Of a DNA stretch of 64,000 nt, positions 13,235 to 26,185 are shown one piece after another. Position 1 is the first letter of the stretch; each line of letters starts with the position of its first letter. A model generated the notes under the pieces. It saw nothing but the letters and a program-made list of their open reading frames with translations, made no database searches and was not told where the DNA came from. The position numbers were made by a program, and so were the translations under genes. Source of the stretch: Batkoa obscura (lineage: Eukaryota); assembly GCA_030770535.1 (NCBI GenBank), contig JASVEC010000013.1, positions 806,001-870,000 of the forward strand, in the 5' to 3' direction.

Positions 13235-15010
13235 TTATAAGCTAAACAAGTCCCAATTGTTGTTATAATTAGCTAAAAAGGAAGGCTTACTACACTGATT
13301 AAAAGAATTATAATATTCATAAGGAATTAATTGCTTTACTGGGGCATTAAACTCACATATTGGCTCTCTTGTTAACAATTCATCTATCAAACTCCAAAAT
13401 CGCAATTTATTATCAGTACCACCTATAATTTAATTAGTGTTATATTAATATTATGTTAATATTATTATCTATTATTATATTAACTTACCACAAATTAAAG
13501 TATTAGTATCTTTATGAATCATAAATTTTAAATCATATAAATACTCATTAGAATACCCGTTAAACTCTTTAATAATTTTCAATTCACTATTACTATCCTT
13601 AATCATTCTATAATCATGCATAAATATCTAATTATATCATTATTGATTAGAATTATTATGAATAATAAATATACTGAATTACCCCACTCTTTACGGATGA
13701 GCATAATATATTATATGCATTGTATTTTTCAATTTGATTGACTAAATGATTATATTTAATAATTCCTCTATTAAATGTTGTTTTTTTTTGTCGCAAATCG
13801 TACAGGTGTACTATCCCATCTCTACTACCCGATAAAAATAAGTTAGGCTAAAAGAATTAAGTAAAAGAATTATATTAACTATAAATACTTACATTATCAT
13901 TTAGCAAACAAAGACTGCGTGTGTCTTTTTTGGACATTTTATATGACTTTGTTTGATTTGTAGTATTATGATCCAAATCCAATAATTTAATGCCATTTGA
14001 ACATCCCAATATAAATTTATTGTTATTTGTTGCCTCCATACACCAAATACTTGAATCATCTTTATAGCTGAAAGGTCGCTGTATAGAGCCTAAAAAGTCC
14101 ATTAAATTTATTAACTGATAATAGCAAAATTTTAGATATATTTAATAGCTACCTAGTCCTGTCGTGAAATCATTAAATCCTTTAATTAAATGAAATTTTC
14201 CCGTTATTTCTGCTTCTCCAAGGCTTGTAAAGCTAATAGCTAAAATTAAATATTTTCACTTCTTAAATCATCATCTTCCTTACACTAAATTATTTTTTGC
14301 CAATTTTAAACTAGTTATCTAAAAGAATGTTAATAAATTAGTTATAAAAAACAAAAGAATATCACCTGACTCAAGTCTGAATAAAGAGTATTTGACTGCA
14401 CATTTATTTTAGTTTCTTTCTCTAAATCCACGTTTGGATGATCAAACTTGATGATTCTAAACAATGAATTACTGTTATAAAAAAAAAACTAATAAAAAAC
14501 CTTACTTCACTTTCCCTGATGCTGTACCAATAATAACATACTTTCCAACTAACTAATAAAAAATCGTTATTATCACAAAGTATCTAAATAGTAAATCTAT
14601 TTTATCCTTACCAAACTACATTTTGCTTCTAAATTACTCCCATGAAAACTAACTTTCTTCCTAAACATCAAACTCATTTGAGGTTTCAAAAACAATTCAT
14701 TAAATTCTGCTCCATTAATCCTAATATCCATCCTCCTCCTAGCCCAAAGTATACTTTGTAGCCCAGATACATTGTTAAATGGTATACTCAGTTTATCTTT
14801 TATGATTAGTTGCCCTTTTCTACTAAGAAGTGTATCAAGCTTTTGTTTTTTATTTGCTTTTTTTGAGTTTTTGATAGAATTGACAGTGTACTGAGGATGT
14901 TGTCGAGTAGTTGAGGATGATGATGTTGGGATGTTTGTTGGGCCACCTTGAGTTATTTTGAAATATCGGTTCCTTTCAGGGTCGAAATAAAAGCCTGGTA
15001 AGTCTCGCAT
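13235..15010 (-). CDS. WD40 protein, DCAF4/WDR21-like, multi-exon
   Basis: N-terminus DLPGFYFDPERNRYFKI typical of DCAF4/WDR21; later exons with WD-like motifs (HLYDLR, GGTDNKLRFWSL). Confidence 0.7.
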
Positions 15011-15299
15011 TTTTTTGAGTGAGATTTATTAAAATTGGAAAAATAAAATTGAAAGATTGGATTTTGAAAATAAGTTAATTTAAAAAATGTTTAATTTAAT
15101 TTTATTAAATTAAACTAGATTGTGATATCTATAATGATTTGGTTGTTTTTCCAGTAAATATAATAATGGGGGTAATTTAAAGACAATAAAATCCAAAGTC
15201 AATATGTAAACAAGTCAATCAAAAATAATATTTATTATAAAAAAGGTTGGCATCCAGGATGGATGTCAATTGTTTTTATATACTCTATTTTTGCTTTAT

Positions 15300-16880
15300 T
15301 CATAAATTACATTAGCAAAATGTAGTGTAATTTTTTATAGCATTTTGCATGAATCCGTTTTTTAAAAAAAACTCACATTTCATGACAAGATGCTAAAAAT
15401 CCAGTTGTTTGCTACTGTTATGAAGTATGTAGCATTAAAAATGAAAAACAAAGTTACGCTAATTACTTAAATTGTCTAATTTGGTAAACTAGTTCGATCT
15501 TCATTAGATAGTTTAAATGGCTAAGAGATGAAAATAAAAATTTCAACTTTGAAAAAGTAAGCAACCAAATTTACTCAATTAAGAATTAACAAAGAATATT
15601 GTAGAGAATAAAATTTAAATATTGTAATGTCACTAGATAAGTTTCATTCAAATAAAAAGGCTAAAGACAACTTAAAACAATATTTTCAGTCACTTATAAT
15701 TAATTCAGATGCAAATAAAGCTGACAGTTAAACCAAATTAATATCACAAAATGAAAGGATTTTTAACGGCAGATTGGTAATAGTACAACTGATGAATCAT
15801 TTCTTTATAGAGGTTGGCTTTTTGACTTGAAGTTAAAATTTCTGCGCTAATCAGTTAAACTAAAGTTCCTTTATACATGAATATTACAATGTGTTAATAG
15901 TTATATTTTCAATAATTCAACCCTTTCAATGCTTTTTATACATATATTATAACTTATTATTGCTATGGGTATAGCTGGTGGTGTATCTTAAGATAATCTT
16001 TAATAATAACATATATGCGAAAATCTAAGAAGTCGAAATTGTCATATAAAACAAGTAATGGTAAAATTCAAATATAATTATATATATGCAATAGACTTGA
16101 GAGTATATATAAAAAGAATCAAAGGGCTATGATGACTTAATAAGAGCAGGGCATTCATCGGAATATTTATCTGGCTTGAATGTGTATTAGTTTACGGTGA
16201 TACATGCAAATTGAACGGCTATAGCATTTTTCATAATAATATTCAATCAGTAAACTTGAGCAATTTGAAATATACAAATGCTATTATTTACTTAAATGAT
16301 GATATTTTTAGCATCGGTAAAGCAAAGCATTGAAGCGTGTAATCGGCAACAAATCAATTTCATCTTATTGAGATGCTAATTATTGTAGTAGCAATAATAA
16401 TATAAGATTATTGCATCTGATTTAGAATCCCTTGACTTAGAAAAAAATGCAATCAAATTAAGAACTACAATTGAGTCAACAGTGAAAAAAGAGAATGGAA
16501 TATTTACCTAATTATATAAAACAAGGACTTATATTGAGAAAAAAACACCGAAAATAGGATGTTCAATGGAAAGGAGGGTTCAGAAATTGATTAATTTATA
16601 AGGATTTTAATTGGAGTGGTTTGATTATTTGCTACCACTTATGGGTTATATTGTAATTATAAGGAAAATAAAGATCAAAATAAGTTAACTCCACCTTCCC
16701 CTCCTTTAGACTCGTTAGAATTATCATGTTCTAATGAAAAATAGTAGATAAATGTGGCATCTGAGAGCCGAATCCTCATTATATCAATTCTTCAACAATA
16801 AGTTAAAGTACGAATCAAACCAACTTATGATCCAGCACATCTTTGTCATAATGTTACTACTACTTCATTAATAATAAATT
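15300..16880 (+). pseudogene. Decayed Kelch-repeat/TM paralog of 23112-24899
   Basis: Fragments IAGGVS*D (~15970), IRAGHSSEYLSGL/CVLVYG (~16140-16200) and KIIASDLESLDLEKNAIKLRTTI (~16404-16472) match IILGGLSY, IRIGHSATYLSDLNCILVYGG and IIAIDLKTLDLEKKTIKLSNTI; many stops and frameshifts; limits approximate. Confidence 0.7.
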
Positions 16881-18801
16881 AACCAAAATAAACTCAAAGA
16901 AAGGGAAAGCTATATTTAATATTAATTTGAATATAAATTGTGTTATTTTATTTATTTGATAATCAAAATAGACAAACTTTCTTTTATAACACTTGCCGCT
17001 ATTAGAATATATACAACCTAGTGTAGGTCCAGGGGTATAATTGATTGGAGTCTTCTTTTATTTAATTAAGATAATTCAAATACATGCTAGAGTGCCTTCT
17101 ATCAATTAAGTAATTTGATGATAAAGCCTTCCTTGCCTTTAAGTTGTAGCTATAATGGTTTTTTATCATTCTGATCAAGCTTCCATCTTCCTGCCTCTTA
17201 AAGTTTACACCAAGTTAACTTTCTAAAATTCTTATCATATGAGTATCAAATCATAACAATTATATTTTAAAAATAACCAATTATACATTCCTTTAATTTG
17301 ATTTGCAAACGCGCTCTAAGTCGGTTAGTGTGACAAAAAAATAAATTAAAATTAAAAGGCTGAAAAATTAAATTAGGAAATATAGATTTGAATCTGGATT
17401 TTAAAAAGTATAAAAGAAACAATATCATTTTAAAAAAAATAGAAACTCACCTTTATTATTTACACAAGGAACGTTCACTGAATATACTCAATTATTTATA
17501 GTATTGCCTCAGCTATTATTCTTAATAATCCTTGGTACAATTGGCACTCTTTGCAGCACAATCTGGCACATTGTTTACCTTTTATTTTTTACAAATGTTG
17601 TAACGATTTTGCAACATAATAACTGTTATTTAAGAAAAATTTACGTCAATGATTTTTAAACTTGTAAGGACCAAGCTTTAAAAAAATTAGCTACATAAGT
17701 AATTGGATTATAAAAAGTTGAGCAAAAGTCGTAAAAGAGTTGCAGTAGGCTGTAAAGCTGGATATATCGCATAGAACAACTGAGCAGCTGTGAACTAGCT
17801 TGATTGGAAATGTTAGGAAAAAAGAGCTAAGGTGTTGTTTTCTTTGTCACTTTTCATAGTGTTAGCCGTTTTTTCATTTGACTGCTTTATAGTAGCTCCA
17901 TTACAATAAAACAATAAACTGCTTGTGAATGACAGCAATTTTTTGAAATATAAAGTCTGAAAATATTCGGAAATGGTATGTTTTAAGTTGTAAAATATAT
18001 TGTCAAATAATTTATAGCTTTTTTTATTAGAAAGTCAAGCTTACATATATAATTATATATACTTTCTTTACTTTATAAATTAAAGTATTAAAAAATGGAC
18101 AATTTCAATATATACCCAGGTTTTTTTGAGTTGTATCAATTGCTTATAAGAAATAGTAATTGTTAAAAAAGTACTGAAGTTATTTAGCATCTCTTTTGAT
18201 TAAAAAACAAGCATTCAAAATATATGTATAAAAATTTAAATACAGTTATAACTTTATCTCAATATAATCAAATAAATTTAAGATAAATTCAATTGTGAAA
18301 ATAGTTTTAATCAGGTAAAATTATATGATATTAAAGATGATGCGTTACTGTATGACAAAGTTAAAAATGATGTTTTATTAAATAAAATTATTAAGTATAT
18401 TAAAAACAATAAACATTAAAATGTTGTTTTTATCTAAAAAAATTTAAAAGGTAAAAATACCCCAAGTGTTTTATTAGTAAAAGTAGAAAAAAGCTAAACA
18501 AAAGTTAAAAATGTAGGAAAAAAGCTTAAAAAGGTATTAAAAAAAGTGAAAAGAGGGTTAATAATCGATTATTCAATTAATGGGATATACTCAAGCTCTT
18601 AAGTATCTGCTTCAAATATGGATAAAACTAACAATATATTTGATTTAAGACATTAAGTATAAGCTTATTTTTGTAGTATAAAATTAGGTTTGCTTTTTAA
18701 ACTGTTTAATATACATATAACTATATTTGTATATTAATTGAACTTTTTTATTTTTTATAACACTTTAATAAAATTATTTTTAATTATTAAAATAATGATA
18801 T

Positions 18802-18896
18802 AGGGAAGTATTTTTGTGTTTAAGAATTTTACTACCAATTTTTCTGCTCAAATAGCGCTTAAAAGATGGAAAAAGTGAAGCCAAAAAAACACCCCC
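18802..18896 (+). mobile_element. MITE copy 3
   Basis: AGGGAAGTATTTTTGTGTTTAAGAA...AAACACCCCC; flanks ATAT/ATTG. Confidence 0.85.
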
Positions 18897-18959
18897 ATTG
18901 TTGTTTCTAACTTGACTAAGTGGTATTTTATAAAATTTTGAACATATATATTACATCAT

Positions 18960-20460
18960 GTCATCAAAATAACTTTCGCAGTCTGAATTTTTAACTTTTG
19001 ATATGAGATGACCAATTACTTGCTTCATATCATCTTCAGTAGCAGGCGTACCATTGATATTTAAAAGCAAATAAAATCTTACAAAATGTAAAATGTATAC
19101 AAAAAAGATCCAGCGGGATTCAGGTTAGTTGAATAAGGTAAAAGAGTTCCAAATTGATAGATAGTGTTGATTAAAGTACTTTCTGGATAATAAGCTCCAC
19201 AAATGATTGCATTGTTCATGGATATCCAAGGTCCATCTATGCTTGTATTTTGATCTAACTTTATAACTACTTCTTTGAGGAATACGACAATAAAGTTCTC
19301 GTTCTAGAATCCCTATCAAATGTCTTATAATATGCTACTTTACTATCGGACATAACAAATATTAAAGAAATATTTTTTACTTCCATTGTTGGTAAGACCA
19401 TATTTATGCTTTGTTTTTCTAAACCCCCTAAATATTTTTCGCTTATTGAATAGTCAAAACTAGCTTTGTGTATATAAATAAAATTTTTAATGTTATTAAG
19501 AAGATGTGAAGCGACTTTTTTGAAAAAACCAGCTCTTTTAGCTATAACCTCTATACCTTTTATATTTTTTGGCACAAGAAGTGAGTTTTTGAAGGTTGTT
19601 TTAAACAATATTAACGCTTTGATTGATCATTGGAGCCATTAGCGGTTTGTTTTCTATCTTACAATGTAAAGCTGTTTTTATTGTTCAAAAGTAAACCCTT
19701 TTTTCTCAATACAAATTTTGTTAATTTCACAAAGAATATTTTCATATTTATATTGTTGCTTTTTTTATTGGCAAACTCTTTTTTATCAGTAACATTTACT
19801 GCACTGCTATTGTTTGTGGCTAATTGAACCGTATTATTCTCTATTGACTTTTCCTTTTCAAGAGCCAAATTGAGCAAAAAGCCCTTATCTTGAATTCCTA
19901 TTTTGTTATATTTATTGTTTAAAAAGGTTTTCAACTTGACACAATCTTCTATAGTAATTGTACCTTCACGTGCATTTTTTATTATTTGATTCCTTTCATT
20001 CCTTATAATAGTTTGTGAATAATTAACTGTAAGGCCAACTTTTCCTACTTCCTCTGAGGTGTTTACCCCTTGGATTATTATCAATTACCATAATTCATTA
20101 AAGTTATCATTTGTTTTGTTAAAGGCTGTCTTAACTGGACTTTTTGATTTATTAAGTTGTTGCTCACATTGTTTCTCTTCAATGATATTCTTTTCCGATC
20201 CACTTTTTTATTAATAATAGCTTTCTTTGTAGCAGCGAAGCTAATATTCAATAAGTTTGGTGAGATATAATTTGAATTCCCTTTACCAATAATTAATTTC
20301 GCGAAACCGTCCTTTGCCTCCTTAATAAATCTGCTATAAAGCTGTGCGTTTGTCTTTTGTTTAGAATTACATTCTGTTCTCTTGGCATTTTTACTGTAGA
20401 TATCTATTATAAAATAGATTGAATTATTTAGAATAAGCACTAGTACTTCACCTTTATCTT
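18960..20460 (-). mobile_element. Decayed Tc1/IS630-like (DD34E) transposase pseudogene
   Basis: Frameshifted fragments FIYIHKASF, KNISLIFVMS, ISMNNAII and LLPYSTNLNPAG resemble F/IxIDESGF, VMDNAxIH and LPPYSPDLNPIE; the second and third catalytic positions are 35 codons apart (19214-16 and 19109-11). Confidence 0.75.
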
Positions 20461-21945
20461 TTTTACATAATGATTTTTAACAAAAACCAAAGAGTTTAAA
20501 TGAGAGCGATCAATTTATATAGACCAAACGCTTATATACATAGATATAAATGGAAAATTAACTACTTGCTATTGATGTTACAAAAACTTCCTACCAGCTA
20601 TTAGCCTTTATCAGCAAGTTAACATATTAAAATCATTAAAGATCAAGTGGATTTTTTTGAGTAAATTACAATAAACTCATACTTAGCACTTTATATCTTA
20701 TTAGATATAAATTATCATCAAGTAAGGTATAACCATAGATTAATTTCAAATAAACAGGTACTGAGAATTTTTTCCTCTTTAGTTTCAAAAAGTCAGTCTT
20801 AATATCAAATTAAAAAACACCTCATTTAACTATTGTCTCTCCTAAAATATGGTAAATATGATCACTTTCCCAAGTTTATTAATAATAAACTATTGTAACT
20901 AACTATCGGTCAACTGAAACTCTTTTAACTATATCATAATATTTTGGGACTGAGATGTCAATTTGTTTATTATTTGAATATCAAAATAAAAAGAGCTCAA
21001 TAAAAAAGTGTTAAAAAACACCTGTTTAAAGGTTATTTACTATCCTTGTTTTTATTATGACTGCTTTTAGAATTTTAGAAAAAAGGGAAAATAATTAGAG
21101 CATAAGAGAGTCGGAATTTAGATAATAATAGAAAAGTTTATTTTGATTTAGTGGAGATTATAAAAGGCGAGTACAACCAATAGTAGTATATAATAATAGT
21201 ATATAATAATAGTATAAATCAATTATTAGTTTAGATTATTACGTTTAAATACTAAGTAAAGCGCTCAATAATTTATTAAAATCTATAAAGATAAAGGAGT
21301 CAATAATCATTTTTAGAGCTTGCTTTATTTATTACATTAATCAAATGTACTTTAACAAAGGAAAATGAATTAAGTTCATTTGACGAAATCTAAAAATTAT
21401 TAAAATGACAATGACAATGACAATGATAATGATAGAAATAACTTAAGGGTGAAGAAATAACATTGTGAATTATTTTAAAGCAAAAATAGTTAAAGTGGGT
21501 TTATCTATTTTATAGCGAATTTATAAATCACCAACCATTGATAAAAATTAAACCATTAACAGACAATTAATGAAAATGAAATTGTATATTATCACTACCT
21601 CATTGACTCAACAAATATTAGATCATTAGAAGTTTCAAGAGAGGACAACGTACTGGGAATATTTATTGATGTTTTTGATGTTGATTTTGTAATTATTCTA
21701 TTTTTTGATAAGAATGTTAGTTAATTTAATTCAATAGTTTTATTAGTAAATTAAATTCACTTTCAAAATAATAAGAATATATAGATTGTAAACAGTAATT
21801 AGAGTTGTTATTAAAGCATAAGTTTTACCGTTTTGAAAACTTAATTTTTATAAAATAGTAAAAAAAGGTAAATTTTATTAACATTGTTATATTGAATCAG
21901 TATTTCTAATTATTGTTAATTTTATATTATTCCATATTGCTATAT

Positions 21946-22041
21946 GGGGGTGTATTTTTTTGTTTAAGAATTTTACTAACAATCTTTCCGCTCAAATAGT
22001 GCCTAAAATGGAAAAAATAATGAAACCAAAAAAACACCCCC
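21946..22041 (+). mobile_element. MITE copy 4 (best-preserved TIRs)
   Basis: GGGGGTGTATTTTTT...AAAAAAACACCCCC, flanked by ATAT/ATAT. Confidence 0.9.
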
Positions 22042-23014
22042 ATATAAATTCTCCGTGTTAATAATAAATTCTAGTTTTAATACTATGGAGTTTAAATAAA
22101 CGCAATTTTTAATTGTTTAGAGAAAGCAGTCAAAGTGTATATCTACTTGAGTTAAACAGTAGTTTTTTGATAATTAATAATTTAATAAAATGCTAAAAAG
22201 GGATTATGTTAGTAATTGCAAGTAAATTTATTGTGGTAAATTTGTTTTAAATTTGAGTTGAAATCGGTAAGGAACTGGGGGGACATTACAGGCTTAGAAT
22301 TTTAACTTTTATAATAATGAAAGTAATTATGTCTATCTTTTTTTATAAAATTATTTAGTTTAATAATATATTTCTTGTATTGGTTAGTTTTATAGTAGTT
22401 CACAGTTTTTTAAATAATTGAAAAATAAAAGTTGCAACTTTATTAATAATTGCCAATTCCTTTCTTTTTAATATTAAAAAACTACACAATACTTTGAAAA
22501 GAAAAATATAAAAAAATAAAGTAAAGAGATATAAATATTGTAAGTGAAGAAAAGTAAAAGAGGTAGTGTTGAGTATTTTGCAATTAAAGAGAGGCTACTT
22601 CAGTTTAAAATCTGTTAACTTCGCTATAGCTAAATTCCATTTAACAAATTTAAATTCACCTATCTGAAAGGTAACCTGTATATAAAATAAAGATAGCGTT
22701 TGGAAATGCAAGAGAATTATCGGTTGTGAGTCTTTATAAAATGAAAGGGTAGTTTGAGTTTACTAGTTACGATAGGTACTTATAAAAATAAAAATAAAAA
22801 ACAGAAGTCATTTATTAATTATTCTATAAGCTTGTTTGTTAAACGTAGATATATATAATAAGATGCTTCAAGAAAACTAATACTAAGTTTAGAAATTACT
22901 GTAAAATGATTCAAAAAACAAACCAATAATAGTTACTTTTTTCAATTTGTTAAAAAATATAATACTCAAATTTTAAATTTAAAAAATATTTAACAAGTTG
23001 AACTTATTAGTATA

Positions 23015-23045
<31 letters not shown>

Positions 23046-23111
23046 AAATTTAAAAATTTAAAAAAAGAAGAACAATAAAATAAATGGTGAAATAATAGTT
23101 AATAATAGTTG

Positions 23112-24899
23112 TCAAAAGCTACTAGTTGCATTAATAATAGTGTCATCTGTAATGGAACCAATATTAAAAGCAGTTGTCTCTTCATTTAAGTTTATTTTAG
23201 TAGATTTAGTAGATAAAGGAGGTGAATTATTGCAACGAAATAATATCATTGGTTCATTGAAATGACTTAATTCATTTTCCAGAATATGAATTGAATTGGC
23301 ATAATGAGAATTCAAATCCCAAATCCCATACTCGTCACCATTTTTAGTATTAGGTAAAGATAGATTTAATGACGATAAAAATGTAGAAGATGGGTTTAAT
23401 CCGAGCATGTTACATTTTTTATACCATTTCCATTTTTTATATTTATTTACAAAATAGCAACAAAGAATGATTAATACAATAGTAAATAAAATTACTCCGA
23501 ATATGATTCCAACAATATCAGAGGTATTTAAATAACGCGTTGGTTTTAGTTTATATGGGTCTACATAATAATTCATAACTTCATCTGATGTATATAATTG
23601 ATTGAAATTTTCATTCTCTTTTTTTAATGCTGGTCCAATTGTGTTACTTAATTTGATTGTTTTCTTCTCTAGATCAAGTGTTTTTAAATCAATTGCGATA
23701 ATATCATATTGACTATCATTATTATTAATGTCTCCGTAAAAAAACACAACTTTGTCATTAATTAGCTCACTTGAATGCCATGCTCTACCAATGTCAAATA
23801 TTATATTATTAAAGTCGATAACTTTGATTTTTGTCCATTGCCAATCAGTTAAATTCAATAGCTGAATATCACTATATAAAGTAATATAATCATTTACTTT
23901 ATCTGTACCTCCATAAACCAGTATACAATTCAAATCAGATAAATAAGTAGCTGAATGTCCTATTCTTATTCTACCATCGTAATTCTTTGTTTCCATTTTT
24001 TTGTATAATCTCAAGTCTGTATTATAAATATGAGTATGCTTCAAATTCACCATTATTGATTCCTTAGAATAGCTTTGGGCTTTTGGGATAAACTCAATTT
24101 TAGATTCTCTATTGTCAAAATTTTCATAAGATAAGCCACCAAGTATAATCATAGTAGTAGAATTAATCATAGTAGCTGTATGAAAAGCACTAGGAGGCAT
24201 ACTTGAATCAATTTCAACTGTGGGATATGAAGAGTTACCATAGTCCAAGTTGAAAACTGTGAAATTACTAACTATTGTAGAAGTATTAGTATCTAAGTTT
24301 AATTGCCAGCCGCCATAGACAAATAAACTATCTTTCACGCTTGTTATTGAGCTACCGCTATAATTATCTATATGGTACTCAGGTTTGTTATTTTTAACAA
24401 TCCACAACTTTTTCATTAAACTAATTGTATACAATGATAAGAGACTGTCGCCTGTGTTATTAAATTTATTATTTGAGTGAAACTTATCTAACGTTGCCAT
24501 GGCATTTAAATTATTCTTATATGTGAAAAAATATATATCAAAATTACTGTCTATATAATTATTCTTCAAATTCGCATTTGGATAAATTTGGTTCAAGTTA
24601 ATACTTGATGTTAAATTGATTAAAAAGTGACTGTGGTTTAAACTTGGCTCTTTCCTGTTTATTACTTTTTCATTATAAATATCTTTCCTTGTTATTGTAT
24701 TATGGACTAGTAATATTTTGTCATACAATATCGTACTACATTTTGTAAACTCTTTGTTGCTATTCTTGACTTTCTGGAACTCATTACTATTTGCACTCAT
24801 TAGTAATGGCAATAACGCTTTTATTAGTAAAAATGGCCTATATATTGTATTTTGCTTTCTATCTTTAATCGTAGAATACCTATTTTCGTTTAAATACAC
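23112..24899 (-). CDS. Intronless Kelch-repeat single-pass membrane protein (start uncertain; first ATG at 24800)
   Basis: 595-codon ORF with Kelch blades (LFVYGG, FHTATMI...IILGG, IGHSAT...LVYGG, RAWHSS) and a TM helix IVGIIFGVILFTIVLIILCCYFV followed by a basic stretch. Confidence 0.75.
   Translation of the reverse strand: MYLNENRYSTIKDRKQNTIYRPFLLIKALLPLLMSANSNEFQKVKNSNKEFTKCSTILYDKILLVHNTITRKDIYNEKVINRKEPSLNHSHFLINLTSSINLNQIYPNANLKNNYIDSNFDIYFFTYKNNLNAMATLDKFHSNNKFNNTGDSLLSLYTISLMKKLWIVKNNKPEYHIDNYSGSSITSVKDSLFVYGGWQLNLDTNTSTIVSNFTVFNLDYGNSSYPTVEIDSSMPPSAFHTATMINSTTMIILGGLSYENFDNRESKIEFIPKAQSYSKESIMVNLKHTHIYNTDLRLYKKMETKNYDGRIRIGHSATYLSDLNCILVYGGTDKVNDYITLYSDIQLLNLTDWQWTKIKVIDFNNIIFDIGRAWHSSELINDKVVFFYGDINNNDSQYDIIAIDLKTLDLEKKTIKLSNTIGPALKKENENFNQLYTSDEVMNYYVDPYKLKPTRYLNTSDIVGIIFGVILFTIVLIILCCYFVNKYKKWKWYKKCNMLGLNPSSTFLSSLNLSLPNTKNGDEYGIWDLNSHYANSIHILENELSHFNEPMILFRCNNSPPLSTKSTKINLNEETTAFNIGSITDDTIINATSSF
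23582..23996 (-). repeat. 415-bp inverted repeat, left arm (partner 27020-27434)
   Basis: Translations of both arms are identical over ~138 aa except NYD/NCD; similarity drops abruptly outside. Confidence 0.9.
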
Positions 24900-26185
24900 C
24901 CCTTGTTGTGGCTTTTATTTAGATAAATTCTTAACTATTCAGTTTTAATATTGATATGATAAATAAAAATTTAAGGAGAAACTCTGCTGAACATTTTTTT
25001 TAAAAACCTTGAACCCAATAAGGCATGTGGTTTTTATTCTTTTAAAATATTATGGGATAAAAAGATGTTCCGTGGCCAATTGGCTAGTTGTTTAGTTTGA
25101 TAGCATTAGAACTGTTAGCTTCTGGTATTTGACTATTCTATTCAAACCAATGTATCAGGATTGTCTCTTGTTTGCAACTAATATTCTATTAACTAGCTTA
25201 ATTTAGAAATCCCCAGAACTCTCTTCATCGTCTGAGTAAAAAGCTGTTCCAAATCTTAAGTACAGTAATAAGCCACACTCGAACTTCTTACCTAACAACC
25301 TGTCTGGGCTACCCTTTTATATTCTCAAAAATAGTATAAATACTCAGTCTTTTCTTTATAAACAAACAATTAACCTACGATCGATAAACATTAAATTCTA
25401 AATTTTTTTATTATAGGGTGGTTTGTGAAGAGTTTTTGAAATAGTTTAATAACTTATTTTCCACAAATCAGAGCTTTACGAAGCTTATATATATAATAAC
25501 GTTAGTATTAAACCATCATACACTAAAGATTCATAAACTTATAACGTGTGGAAAGAACATATTTATATTTAAAATTCTTAGAAGAAAAAAACATCTACAT
25601 ACAAATATTGCAAATTTTAAGATAAATCAAATTATATTATCTAATTGTTGACTTAATCAAGTCTTTAAACAAATAATTAAACCTCATAAAACATTAACCA
25701 TTTAAAAATACAAATCTACTATTTAAACATTATTTTACGTTGAAAGATCAAATAAAAAAAATTGAGCTTTGACTATACAAACTATTGAAAATTTTTAAAT
25801 GTTTATATTTAAACTATTTAGCAATAATTTAGAACACTTTCACAACGTTTCTATTTAATTCTTCCATCTTTTTTAAATCTTCTCTATTTTACTTAAATGG
25901 ATCATATAATCATGATTGTAAATTTATTGAAATAAATCCAATCAAACATGTTTATTCAAATATATAGCTCTTTTCTTAATATAAAATTTCTATTACTGTT
26001 CTTTCAAGGGATATAAAAATATGACTCTGATAACAAAAAACTATAAATTCATCCCGTTTGACTAATAATAAGAATAAATTTTAAAAATATCATTTGAGTG
26101 TAAACATAAGAAAGGATGCATGTCAAAATAAGTGTATTTATAGTTGGATATATATATTAAAATTGAAGAAAAAGGATATAATATA

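Noticed and set aside
17440..17620. Minus-strand Cys cluster (GKQCARLCCKECQ) near splice-like signals
   Set aside because: Interrupted by stops; no coherent gene model or family could be supported
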